Source: Octopus vulgaris (Eukaryota). Taken from it: DNA of 64,000 nucleotides. Shown here piece after piece: positions 1 to 59,413 of this stretch. Position 1 is the first letter of the stretch. Each line of letters starts with the position of its first letter. Location: positions 33,232,001 through 33,296,000 of the forward strand of contig OX597827.1 of the NCBI GenBank assembly GCA_951406725.2. The letters are read 5' to 3'. Under the pieces are notes generated by a model. The model made no database searches. It was not told the origin of the DNA and worked only from the letters and a program-made list of their open reading frames with translations. A program made the position numbers and the translations under genes.

Positions 1-107
1 AGTATCATATGTGCCACTATGACTAATCTATCCAATATCTTGCATCATGCATGGGAATTTCTCCTCACCTTGCCACCACCCCAAGATATGCAAACTAAGG
101 CAACATA

Positions 108-405
108 GTGAAAGGCATGTGGTTTGATGGTTTGGCCGTTTTGGCTCATGACTGTTAGGACATGGGTTCGATATCCAGCAGTAAAGTTGTGTCCTTGAGC
201 AAGACACTTTATTTCACGTTGTTCCAGTTCACTCAGCAGGCAAAAATTAGTAGTACCTCAGGTCACATGTTGAAACTCGCTGAGAACTATGTTAAAGGTA
301 CACATGTCTATAGAGTGCTCACCTGCTTGCACATTAACTTCACGAGCAGGCTGTTCTGGTGATCGGAACAACTGGAACCCTCGTTGTTGTAATCGATGGA
401 GAGCC
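108..405 (+). mobile_element. tRNA-derived SINE (same family as the one split by piggyBac)
   Basis: B-box GGGTTCGATATCC, core gtgtccttgagcaagacactttatttcac, tail ctggaaccctcgttgttgtaatcg; matches reverse complement of 21815-21977 and 24650-24800. Confidence 0.75.
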
Positions 406-556
406 ACTAACACAGAAATACAGTATTTTGTCCAAAGGTGCCAAAAAAACTGCCAGCAGATATATGAACCTACAAACACTGAACTGAATAGCACAGTACT
501 TATCCAATCAGCCTAACTGCATCAATTTTTTTAATTTATAATACACGCACAGTTCA

Positions 557-562
557 TTTATT
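557..562 (-). promoter_or_regulatory. Candidate polyadenylation signal of the Arkadia-like gene
   Basis: AATAAA on minus strand followed by GT/T-rich sequence, at the end of a ~1.3-kb SINE-free segment. Confidence 0.35.
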
Positions 563-2214
563 CAATGCTGAACTTTCACTGTCACAATTCAGCATGGCAC
601 AACAAACCTCAGGTAGAAACCAATGTTTGAATAAACTCTACATGTATAAAACATTCGTTTTCACTCACACACACACGTCTTACATATGAATAAACACAAG
701 ACAACACACTTAACCTAAGTCCATACTGAGCATTTTTATGTTTTTGTGTCACAAAATAAACAAAAAACCATTTGCAGTAATTGATGTCAAGGAATTGTTT
801 TCACATAATTAGAGAAGAAAAAAAAATTAAAATCTTACTCTGAAGCAATTATGGAATAAATACTGAAGGAAGGAAGGAGTATGGAGATAAAAAGATAAGA
901 AAATATATGCTCAAAGCTACTGATAAGATAGTGTAGGGGAATGGTGGTGGTGGTAATTTGAGGTTGAGATGTGGTTCATGAGAGGGAGGGAGGAGGTGGA
1001 GAGTACCTGAAACCAAAGCTGTTTGAACGAAGGTGGTGGTGGTGGTGATAGCAAGAGTATCACTCAAAGTAAGGTGTTGGATAGAAGACCGACAAAAGAC
1101 AGCATGAAGCAGAGCAGGAACAAAACACTGAAAACTGACAAGCCACAGTGGACATACAGGTCAAGAAGAGTAAGGGGAAAAACAAGACAAAACAGAGAGA
1201 GAGAGAGAGAAAATCAACAAAAGAGAAGAAATAGGACAAAATAGAGGAGGAAGAAGAGAAAGAGAGAGATGCAGCAATAGACATGATGTAATGAACAAAA
1301 GCCAATGTAAATGATGATGATGGTGGTGATGGTATAACTAGGAAAGATGAATGATGTTGCTAGTCTCAAGCCAAGCCTGACTGAGCAGACCTCCAATGGA
1401 GCAAAAGACAATCAAGCCATGACCATCCTCTTCTTTACTTGGGCATTACATATTTCAAATGATCCTACCCAGTGCTTTGCTCTGTTTCCAAGATGGTAAT
1501 GTGTGATTTGAAAGAGAGATTTTGCTGCTACTTTGAGCAGGCATGGGCAAGCTGTTTTGAGAAGCTGTCCATGTGAGACCAAACCCATCACTGGGCTGGC
1601 CACACTGCTAAAAACAAACCGAAGCTACTTTTTCATTAGGCATGTTATTCAGAAAGTCCCACAGGTTGCAGGTTTATACTGACTAGTATAAAGGTTCTCT
1701 CAACACACAGGAGGACGTACACACATTTTTCTGTGTGGTTCAGAGAGTGACATAGCTGGAAGAGAGAGAGAGAGAGATTGTAGTCATTAGTTGTGGAGTG
1801 GAGCATATATTAAATTGGTAATAAGTGGGTAGCTGGGTGGGAAGGCAGATGTGTGGGACTGGAGCAAAGGAAGATCAGAGGATGTGGAATACCTGTCAAA
1901 GAAAAGAAACGAGAGAGAGAGGAATCAGCACTGAGGAAGGATTAGAAGAAAATGGCAACAATGAAAACTGAAAGGAAAAAAATAAATAACAAAAATATAG
2001 AGATGAGAGAAGGGAAATGAGATGATATATATATATATATATATCATCATCATCTTCCTTCTACATAATATTTTCCTTTAGTTTTAAGTGATATATATAC
2101 ACACACATATATATATATATAATAATAATAATAATATTTATATATATATATATGTATATATAATAATTATATATATATTATATGTACTATTATATATAAT
2201 ATAATGTAACATAT

Positions 2215-2440
2215 ATTGGTTTCAAATTTTGACACAATGCCAGCAATTTCAGAGGATGGACTAAGTCAATTACATCGCCCCACTACCCCAGTGCTCAACT
2301 GGTACTTATCTTATTGACCCCAAAAGGATGAAAGGCAAAGCTGACCTCAGTGGAATTTGAACTCAGAACATAAAGACTGACCAATGGCCACTAAGCATTT
2401 TGCCCAGCGTGCTAAAGGTTCTGCCAGCTTGCAACCTTAG
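2215..2440 (-). mobile_element. tRNA-derived SINE (family of 28233-28463)
   Basis: reverse complement of gagttcaaattcc..gtcgactttgcctttcatcc core; also at ~6975-7190 and ~21660-21800. Confidence 0.75.
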
Positions 2441-3270
2441 AATATATATATACATATTACATATATATTATATGTAATATATTCAATAATATGTAACATA
2501 TATATAGATATATATAACATAAATATGAGAATATAATAAATAGATTAAGAAAAGACCAATCAATCAAAAATCAATCAAAAGAGAATGGGAAATGTTAATA
2601 CAGGAAACAAAAAAAAATGCAAAATACAGATAATGTAGTAGTAGTAGTAGTAGTACAACAGTGGGTGTAGCAAGCTTTTTGATAATTTGTTTTTGTTTTT
2701 TTTTTTCTTTTTCCAGTTTTGTTTTGTAAACATTTGCTAATTAATAAATCTGTAACTTGCATCAATTAATTCTACAGGATGCAGCAAAACAACCTCCTAG
2801 ATTCACCGTTCTTGACAAACGATTGAACCAGAGGAGGTCTTTCTGCCACACCTCGTAATAAGGTGTTGTTGGAGCTGTAACAGCAGAAGCAAGATTAAAG
2901 TGTAACATTTTACTGATCTGTCTGTGTGTCCAGCCATTTGTTTCTTTTTGGTTATCCTTGCAAGGCACCATCCTATACTGTTGTTACTGCCATCATCATC
3001 ATCATCATAAACTGCTGTAGCATGGAAGAAACTGGGGCAAGGGGAGAGGGTAAAAACTAAAGTACAGGTGCAATCAAAACCTCCAGGGGCAGGGGAAAGG
3101 TTAATTAGTTTTTTTTTTACCTTTTGTTTTCTTTTTCCAGTTTTTTATTTCAACTAAATTTGTATTTTTTATTCTTTTTATTTTATTGCCTGTGGTTATT
3201 ATTATTGTCATTGTTATTATTATTATTATTATTATTATTAAAACAGATCAGAGAAATTTGAAAGCACAAC

Positions 3271-48354
<45,084 letters not shown>

Positions 48355-48726
48355 CTACAGAGTAAGACAGAGAGAGAGAGGTGGAGAGAGAGGGGGATAG
48401 AAAGAAAGAAAGATTATAAAAGATATGACATACATGTATGTAAATGTTAGATGTGTGAGTGAGAGAGTGTTCATGTGTGTGTGAGAGAAAGAGGAAGACA
48501 GAGAGAGAGTATGTGTCCTTGTGTCCATGTATGTGAGAGAGAGAGACAGAGGAAAAAGACAAAAAGAGAAGGGAGAGAGAGAGAAAGAGAGAGACATGTG
48601 CAAGAGAAATAGAGAGTGAGAAAAAGAGAGTGAAATGCAGACTGGAATTCAAAGGATGAGAATGATATAAAGACAAAACTAAACAGAATGAAAATAAATA
48701 AATAAATAAATATGATTGAAAAGAGA

Positions 48727-48765
<39 letters not shown>

Positions 48766-48880
48766 CAAAGAGAGAGAGGGATAGAGAGTAGGAGGAGAAT
48801 GAGAAGCTTAACACCCAGTTTTAATCATGCTCGTTTCAGTACAACTGCAGATTGCAAACTTGGAACATTTACATATTGTC

Positions 48881-48931
<51 letters not shown>

Positions 48932-49332
48932 GGGTGGGTAGGTGGAGGAGAGATTCCCTGAGTATTAAACTTGTTAACCTCTGGCCTTCTCCGATCACTC
49001 CCTCTGCCCCAATACTCCGTACACATAAAACTCAGAGTGTCAACCAAGAGGCAGGTAATATACAAAGCTAGAGAGGCACAGCCATAAGATGAATGCCGTG
49101 TGTGTGACTTTATATTTGACTGGTTTCAGTCATTAGACTAGGGCCATGGTGGGGCACCGCCTTGAAGAAATTTTAGTCGAATGAACCAAGCCAAGTACTT
49201 ATTTTATTAAAGCCTGGCATTTACTCTTAGTTTCTTTTGCTGAATCACTAAGTGATGGGGACATAAACAAACTGACACCACTTTGTCAAATGGAGGTGGG
49301 AAATAAAAACAGACACAAAGATACACACAAGG

Positions 49333-49413
<81 letters not shown>

Positions 49414-49497
49414 GGTCGAAGATGATTTGTCTGGGATTACTCATATCAGACGGGTATGTTCGATTTTTGGTGCTCTCAAATTTAAACCTAACGAAAT

Positions 49498-49581
49498 CTT
49501 GGGCTGATGACGGAAATGTTGATAGGAGTATGTATTTCTAGCATCTCTATATCTAACTAATCCAGAAACGGCGTTTTCAAG
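49498..49581 (+). ncRNA. Type I hammerhead-like motif in a Penelope-like fragment (~49410-49770)
   Basis: cttggg CTGATGA cgga..tcca GAAAC ggc GTT ttcaag. Confidence 0.5.
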
Positions 49582-49770
49582 TAATCGATGTATGTGTGAT
49601 CTTTCATTGTTTTTCCCTCTATGCCTACGTGAATTATTTTTGAGTATACATTGTCTGAAAGACTTTTCTTATAGTAGAGGAAATAGCTAAATTTTTTGCC
49701 TGCTATTTCTAAAAGTTCGGTGTGTGGTAAAGTAAATTTTTTTACTGAACCCTAATTATATAACGTTATG

Positions 49771-49817
<47 letters not shown>

Positions 49818-49899
49818 ATGTATATATATGTATATATATGTATGTATATATATATGTATATATATATATGTCTGTAATGCAAGCCATATGCTACAAATG

Positions 49900-50710
49900 T
49901 GTGCCAGAGAGAAAGGCCACTGTACACAAGAACAAAATCCCCAGAGAGAGGAAAATTCTAATGAGACAGCGTACAAAAGTTTCAACTCGCCTAAACAAAC
50001 AAATTGAAAGCAGTGAAAAGTCCCGCCTGAAAATAAAACTGTTGGAAATTGAAAAATGTCTGCAACTCACCCATGAAAAAGAAAGAGCAGACAAAGAAGC
50101 CTGGGCTATAGACAACATAAAATCTAACCCCAGAGCTTTCTACAGGTATGCCAAAGAAACAGCTACGGTGCACTGTAGGATAGGGCCACTCCTTGAAAAG
50201 GATGGCACACTCACAGGAAATCCAATGAGAGTAGGTGAAATACTAAATGAGCAATTCAAAAGTATTTTCACTCCACCCCTAGGGCATTTTCAAGTCAGCA
50301 ATCCAACTGCCGATATAAAATCAGAGGCAACGATGATTGATTACATCAATATAAAGGAAGACGATGTAATAAAGGCTATAGATGAAATGAAAACAAACTC
50401 AGCTACTGGCCCCGATGGATTCCCAGCAATCCTTCTAAAAGTATGTAGGAGAGTACTAGCAAGACCACTGCAGTTCCTCTTTCAGAGCTTCCTTACAACT
50501 GGCAATCTTCCAAGAAAACTGAAGGAAAGTAAAATATGCCCTACTCATAAAGGAGGTAGCAGAGCAGAGGCCAAGAACTACAGACTTATCTCTCTGACCT
50601 CACACATCAGCAAGGTCATGGAACGAATAGTCAGAAGGAAACTAATCACCTTCCTTGAAGAAAATGACTTGCTGCCTGACATCCAACATGGTTTCTGACC
50701 AGGAAGAACA
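49900..50710 (+). mobile_element. CR1/Jockey-group LINE ORF2 fragment (linker + RT N-terminus)
   Basis: KSNPRAFYRY, SATGPDGFP, PTHKGG..NYRLISLTSHISKVMERIV, QHGF*PGR; truncated both sides. Confidence 0.85.
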
Positions 50711-51119
50711 CGGACATACATATATTCTGCTCTGGATCATAATGTAAGGGTTATTAATAATATTATGAATGATAACAATGATAACATTAATTGTATTGAC
50801 AACGATAATGATACTAACTTTAATGACACTTTGGAAACTATTATGAAGTAATATAATGTACTATTGACTATATATATTTACATCTAGGTATTAATTTGTG
50901 TATGTTTATTATCACAATATTAAGTCGAAAAACTGAGACATTGGGTGTGGAACACATATATACGTTTACTAATTTATATTATTTATTTATATCATTATGT
51001 AAATGTATATTTTTTTATATGTATAAGAGTGTGAGTATATGCACTCATATGTATATATATATGTTGTATTGTGGGTACGCACCCACACCATGTGGGTATA
51101 TGTGTAGACTGTGTTATAT

Positions 51120-51485
51120 TACATAATCTCCGAAGAGGCCTTGTGATATTTTTGTTAATGTCTCATTTATATCTATATATTGACCAACCATAAAGGGCTA
51201 ATATAGGTAAAATGAGACATAATTATCGACATGGCCGAAACAGCTGTAAGATCTAATTTATACTTTTATTTATATTCTTTTTTATATATATTCTAATTAT
51301 TATACAACAGTACTCTTTTATGTACACTTTTTATGTACATTCCTTTATGTACACCGATTTGTTCTGCTTTTTATATTTAACCCTACAGTCTCTTATGTGG
51401 TGGTTTAATAAAGTATGTGTGAGTATTATCTGGTAATTGATATTTGATTTAGATGTATTTCTCCATTTTCTTATCTTGTATTAGT
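51120..51485 (+). mobile_element. Penelope-like terminal fragment with long-stem-II hammerhead
   Basis: atct CCGAAGA GGCC [92 nt] GGCC GAAAC AGCT GTA agat at 51126-51252. Confidence 0.6.
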
Positions 51486-51679
51486 AATTTGTGGTAAATC
51501 ATTTTACCTTTGCCCATATAATACAGTAAATGAATTGATTGCATCGTAATCATTAACATTTATGTATTAACTTTGTTGGGTACTTCACTAGCAGTATATT
51601 GGATATACGTTATCCCATAGAGGGTTGCACTTACAACCCCTATCTCAATTTGTATATATATATATATGTATATATATGT

Positions 51680-52158
51680 ATCATCATCATCATCATTCAT
51701 TTAGCGTCCGTTTTCCATGCTAGCATGGGTTGGACGGTTCAACTGGGGTCTGGGGAGCCCGAAGGCTGCACCAGGCCAGTCAGATCTGGCAGTGTTTTTA
51801 CAGCTGGATGCCCTTCCTAACGCCAACCACTCCGAGAGTGCAGTGGGTGATTTTATGTGCCACCGACACAGGTGCCAGACGAGGCTGGCGAACGGCCACG
51901 CTCGGATGGTGTTTGTTACGTGCCCACAGCACGGAGGCCAGTCGATGCGGTACTGGCTACGGCCACGTTCGGATGATTTTCTTGTGTGCCACTGGCACTG
52001 GTACCACAAAGATACAAATTCCATTGATGTTCATCTATTTTGATTTGTTTTGATTGATTTTCACTTGCCTCAACAGGTCTTCACAAGTGTCACAAGAAGG
52101 AAGGTATGCACAGGTGGACTGACTACGTCCCAGGTAGGGGCCACGGGTTATGGCCTGA

Positions 52159-52160
<2 letters not shown>
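51680..52160 (-). mobile_element. RTE 3'UTR fragment
   Basis: reverse-complement similarity to 31430-31893. Confidence 0.85.
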
Positions 52161-52203
<43 letters not shown>

Positions 52204-52331
52204 ATGTATCTATATGTATATATATATATGTATATGTATATATATATATGTATATATATATGTATATGTATATATATATGTATATATATATATGTATATA
52301 TATATATATGCATATATGTATGTGTATGTAT

Positions 52332-52365
<34 letters not shown>

Positions 52366-52498
52366 ATATACATATATATATACATATACATATATATATA
52401 CATATATATACATATATATATATGTATATATATATATACACAATATATATATACATATATATATACATATATATATACGTATATATATACATATACAC

Positions 52499-52566
<68 letters not shown>

Positions 52567-52600
52567 GCATATATATATATACGCATATATATATATACGC

Positions 52601-52649
<49 letters not shown>

Positions 52650-52846
52650 CATATATATATACACATATACACATATATATACACATATACACATATATAT
52701 ACATATATATATATACACATATATATATATACACATATACACATATATATATACACATATACACATATATATATACACATATATATACATATATATATAC
52801 ACATATATATATATACATATATATATATAAACATATATACACATAT

Positions 52847-52883
<37 letters not shown>

Positions 52884-53307
52884 TATATACATATATATAT
52901 ATACATATATATATACATATATATATACACATATATATACATACATATATATATACACATATATATATACACATATATATATACATACATATATATATAT
53001 ACACATATATATATACACATATATATATACATATATATATACATATATATATATACACATATATATATACATATATATATACATATATATATATACACAT
53101 ATATATATACATATATATATACACATATATATATACATATATATATACAATATATATATACATATATATACACATATATATATACACATATATATACACA
53201 TATATATACATATATATATATACACACATATATATACATATATATATACATATATATATATATACACATATATATATACATATATATATACATATATATA
53301 TATATAC

Positions 53308-53347
<40 letters not shown>

Positions 53348-53578
53348 ATATATACATATATATATACACACATATATATATATATACACACATATATATA
53401 TACATATATATATACACACATATATATATATACACACATATATATATACATATATATATACATATATATATACACATATATATATATATATACACACATA
53501 TATATACACATATACACACATATATATATATATACACACATATATATATATATACACACATATATATACATATATATA
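52161..53578. repeat. 1.4-kb (TA)n/(TACA) microsatellite
   Basis: direct inspection. Confidence 0.97.
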
Positions 53579-53579
53579 C

Positions 53580-53890
53580 TACAAAATTAGAGAATGGAGA
53601 AACATACTTAAATCAATAAAACATCAACTATCCGATGATACTCAATCCATACTTTAATACACCATTACATAGGATTAAAGGCAATATATAAAATGAAATG
53701 AGATATACAGTAATAGTAAAAGTAAAAAGATAAAGAGATATAAGTAAAAAATTACAAATACAATATTCAAATAAATCAAAACTGACAGCTGTTTCGGCAG
53801 TGAGGACAGTCATACCTCATTTAACCTATAAGCCATAAAGGCAGGTATAAATGAGGCATTAACAAAGATGCCCCACGGCCTCTTCAGAGA
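53580..53890 (-). mobile_element. Penelope-like terminal fragment with hammerhead
   Basis: minus strand CTGAAGA GGC..GCC GAAAC AGCT GTC at 53889-53782. Confidence 0.6.
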
Positions 53891-54239
53891 ATTAAATTAA
53901 ATTTGTTATAATAGTGAAAAATATTATATAATCATATACATATAAATATAAAAATATAAAAAAGTAAAATATAAAAACTTATACATCATAATGCTACACT
54001 TGTATAATATAATACACATTTGTACAAAAAGGAAGGTAACCAGAACAAAATAAAACAAAATATATAACAGTGTATATATAATATTAATAAGTACCGATAT
54101 CATACATATTTAGCTAATAGTTTTTTTTATATAAAAAAAAAAAAAAGGGCTAACACATATGGAGATGAAAAATAATAATAATTAAATCCGTGGTACAGTT
54201 CATAAAATTCTAAAGCTATAAAAGTTAATAAAAATTACT

Positions 54240-54273
<34 letters not shown>

Positions 54274-54525
54274 GTAATAATAATAAAAAATAATAAAAAT
54301 AGATAAAAAATAGATATATATATATATATACACATATATATATACATATATATATATATACACATATATATATACATATATATATATATACACATATATA
54401 TATACATATATATATACATACATATATATATACACATATATATATACATATATATATACATACATATATATATACACATATATATATACATATATATATA
54501 CATACACATATATATATACATACAC

Positions 54526-54558
<33 letters not shown>

Positions 54559-54614
54559 CATACACATATATATATACATATATATATACATATATGTATA
54601 TATATATATATACA

Positions 54615-56240
54615 TGTTTCCACACCTGAAACTTCTCCTCCAGTTCTGATAGAGACTCAGCAATTAGAGCAAGGTCCTCTATGCTGATGACCTTGCTCTA
54701 ATTGCTGAGTCGCTATCAGAACTGGAGGAGAAGTTTCAGGTGTGGAAACAAGGATTAGAATCGAAGGGCCTCAGAGTCAATCTAGCTAAAACCAAAGTCG
54801 TAATCAGTAGGAAGGTAGACAAATCACAAACGCCTTCAGATAGATGGCCCTGCTCGATCTGTAGAAAAGGTGTAGGTAGAAACTCGATAAGATGTACCAA
54901 GTGTAAGCTATGGACACATAAGAGGTGCAGCAAGGTCAAAGGAAGGCTAACTAGGAAGATGGTTTTTGTATGTGGCAGATGCTCAGGAACAATAAACACT
55001 GAAAATGCTCTGAGACCAACTTCTGTCACTTTCCAGGGAGAAAAACTAGAAATAGTTGATAGTTTCCGTTACCTAGGTGACCAAGTCAGCAGCGGGGGCA
55101 GGTGTGCTGAAAGTGTAACTGCGAGAGTAAGAATAGCTTGGGCAAAGTTCAGAGAGCTCTTACCTCTGCTGGTGACTAAAGGCCTCTCGCACAGAGTGAA
55201 AGGCAGACTGTATGATGCGTGTGTATGAACAGCCATGCTACATGGTAGTGAAACATGGGCCGTGACTGCTGAGGATATGCGTAAGCTCGCAAGAAATGAA
55301 GCCAGTATGCTCCGATGGATGTGTAATGTCAGTACTCATACTCAACAAAGTGTAAGTACCTTGAGAGAAAAGCTGGACCTAAGAAGCATCAGTTGTGGTG
55401 TGCAAGAGAGACGTTTGCGCTGGTATGGTCATGTGGCGAGAATGGATGAAGATAGTTGTGTGAAAAAGTGCCACACCCTAGCGGTTGAGGGAACCTGCGG
55501 AAGAGGCAGACCCAGGAAAACCTGGGACGAGGTGGTGAAGCACGACCTTCGAAGTTTAGGTCTCACTGAGGAAATGACTAGAGACCGAGACCTCTGGAAG
55601 TGTGCTGTGCGCGAGAAGACCCGGCAGGACAAGTGAGTCCATAACCCGTGGCCTTCTACATGGGATGGAGCCAGCTTACGTATGCATACCTTCCCTTCTT
55701 GGGACACAAAACTACTTGTGAAGACCTGTTGAGGCAAGTGAGGATCAGAATCGAAATCGATCAATGGAAATTGCAGATGTGTTGCCAGTGCCGGTGGCAT
55801 GTCGAAACTCTACTTGTGAAGACCTGTTGAGGCAAGTGAGGATCAGAATCGAAATCGATCAATGGAAATTGCAGATGTGTTACCAGTGCCGGTGGCATGT
55901 AAGAGAACCTTCCGTTTCGCGACCGTTGCCAGCGCCGCCCCAACTGGCCTCGTGCCGATGGCACGTAAAAAGCACCATCCGTTCATGTCCGTTGACAGCC
56001 TCGCCTGGCCTTCGTGCCGGTGGCACATAAAAAGCACCATCCGTTCATGGCCGTTTGCCAGCTCTGTCTGGCACCCACTACACTCACGGAGTGGTTGGCG
56101 TTAGGAAGGGCATCCAGCCGTAGAAACACTGCCAGATTTTACTGGGCCTGATGAAGCCTTCTGGCTTCACAGACCCCAGTAGAACCGTCCAACCCATGCT
56201 AGCATGGAAAACGGACGCTAAACGATGATGATGATGATGA
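54615..56240 (+). mobile_element. 5'-truncated RTE LINE with 5' inverted duplication and 98-bp 3'UTR tandem duplication
   Basis: starts at LYADD; highly similar to 30500-31893; 55712-55802 repeated at 55810-55900. Confidence 0.93.
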
Positions 56241-56289
<49 letters not shown>

Positions 56290-56294
<5 letters not shown>

Positions 56295-56465
56295 TAATCC
56301 AAACGGGAAAACAGAAAAAACAACAACACGTGGAACAATTACAGTATTATTATTATTAGGCGCTCAGGAAAATGGAAGAAGGAGGGTATGACGTTTCGAG
56401 CGGAGCTCTTCGTCGGAAACATAGGAGAAAGAAAGATCCAGAGACGGGAGAACAGAAAAATTGCG
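56290..56465 (-). mobile_element. Penelope-like terminal fragment with hammerhead-like motif
   Basis: minus strand gttt CCGACGA A GAGC tcc GCTC GAAAC GTC atac at 56420-56386. Confidence 0.6.
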
Positions 56466-58220
<1,755 letters not shown>

Positions 58221-58425
58221 TCATCATCATCATCGTTTAACGTCCGTTCTCCATGCTAGCATGGGTTGGACGGTTCGACCGGGGTTCTGGGGATCCAGAA
58301 GGCTGCACCAGGCTCCAGTCTAATCTGGCAATGTTTCTACAGCTGGATGCCCTTCCTAACGCCAACCACTCCGTGAGTGTAGTGGGTGCTTTTTACGTGC
58401 CACCTGCACAGGTGCCAGGCGAGGC
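58221..58425 (-). mobile_element. RTE 3' tail / RTE-related SINE
   Basis: (cat)n cgtttaacgtccgtt..ctggatgcccttcctaacgccaaccactcc. Confidence 0.85.
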
Positions 58426-58515
58426 ATATATATGTGTATATATATGTGTGTATATATATATATATATACGTATATATATGTGTGTATATATATATATATA
58501 TATACATACATACAC

Positions 58516-58879
58516 ACTAGAACTATTACCTGGCGTTGCCGGGTCATAGTGCTAGTGCATGCATATACAGCTGCGTGCGCACATACACACGAGTACCGTC
58601 CAAATCTCCAACCAATCACATACAGCTAGCTGGCATTCAATTGGCATACGAAGTCTCGAGCATTTTGATTGGGTTTGGGATAGAAAATTCACAAAAAAGT
58701 CACTATTGATTTTTTAATGGCTTTGCGAGGTGACTGGGGAAATTTAAAGATGTGCACGACACCCCTTCGACGGTTTTCAATGACCATAGAAAGTGCGAGC
58801 CCTCTGACTGAAAAATTGTGAATTTGTATAAAGGTCACACACACACAGACAGACATTTTGCCATTTATATATAGAGAGA
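58516..58879 (-). mobile_element. Non-autonomous Helitron (second family)
   Basis: minus strand a|TCtctctatatata start, hairpin cccggc-aac-gccagg, CTAG|t end. Confidence 0.7.
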
Positions 58880-58889
58880 TATATATTGT

Positions 58890-59047
58890 TACAAGCTAGA
58901 GTAGTATCCACCCTTAAAGGTTAGCCACATTTAAGTGGCAAATATACTTCAACGATGTCGTGCTGCTACAGTTTATGCCTCGCTCAGAGATTTATTATTG
59001 CTCGTATACACTTTTTCGAGATCACTGACTTTTCGTTACAAGAAAAA

Positions 59048-59088
<41 letters not shown>

Positions 59089-59376
59089 CATTAGGAACCA
59101 CTTCACATCGACAATCAGTGATTGTCACATGCTGATGATGCGTAAATAACCAGAAACTCAGGTCCATGTGTATCACGTCAGGTTAGAGATGGGAAGGATG
59201 ACTTCCCTTTGCACATACTAATAGGGCACAGAAAATGTGTCAATAGCCAACTGGAGGAGGTGTCTTCCTGGGGCTACAAGCTACAGTAGCATCCACCCTT
59301 AAGGGTTAGCCACATTTAAGTGGCAAATATACTTTACGATGTCGTGCAGCTACTGTCTATACCTAGCTCAGAGATT

Positions 59377-59380
<4 letters not shown>
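58890..59380 (+). mobile_element. Retrozyme-like element: ~1.3 tandem copies of a ~385-bp hammerhead-containing unit
   Basis: direct repeat 58890-58996 / 59275-59380; hammerhead at 59126-59170. Confidence 0.7.
59126..59170 (+). ncRNA. Type I hammerhead ribozyme motif
   Basis: stem I cacatg/catgtg (6 bp), CTGATGA, weakened stem II tg..ca, GAAAC, loop tcag, GTC cleavage triplet. Confidence 0.72.

Positions 59381-59413
<33 letters not shown>

Noticed and set aside
2755-2761. GC-type splice donor (gat|gcaagt)
   Set aside because: Lacks the AG exon-end context GC donors usually need; GT candidates exist nearby.
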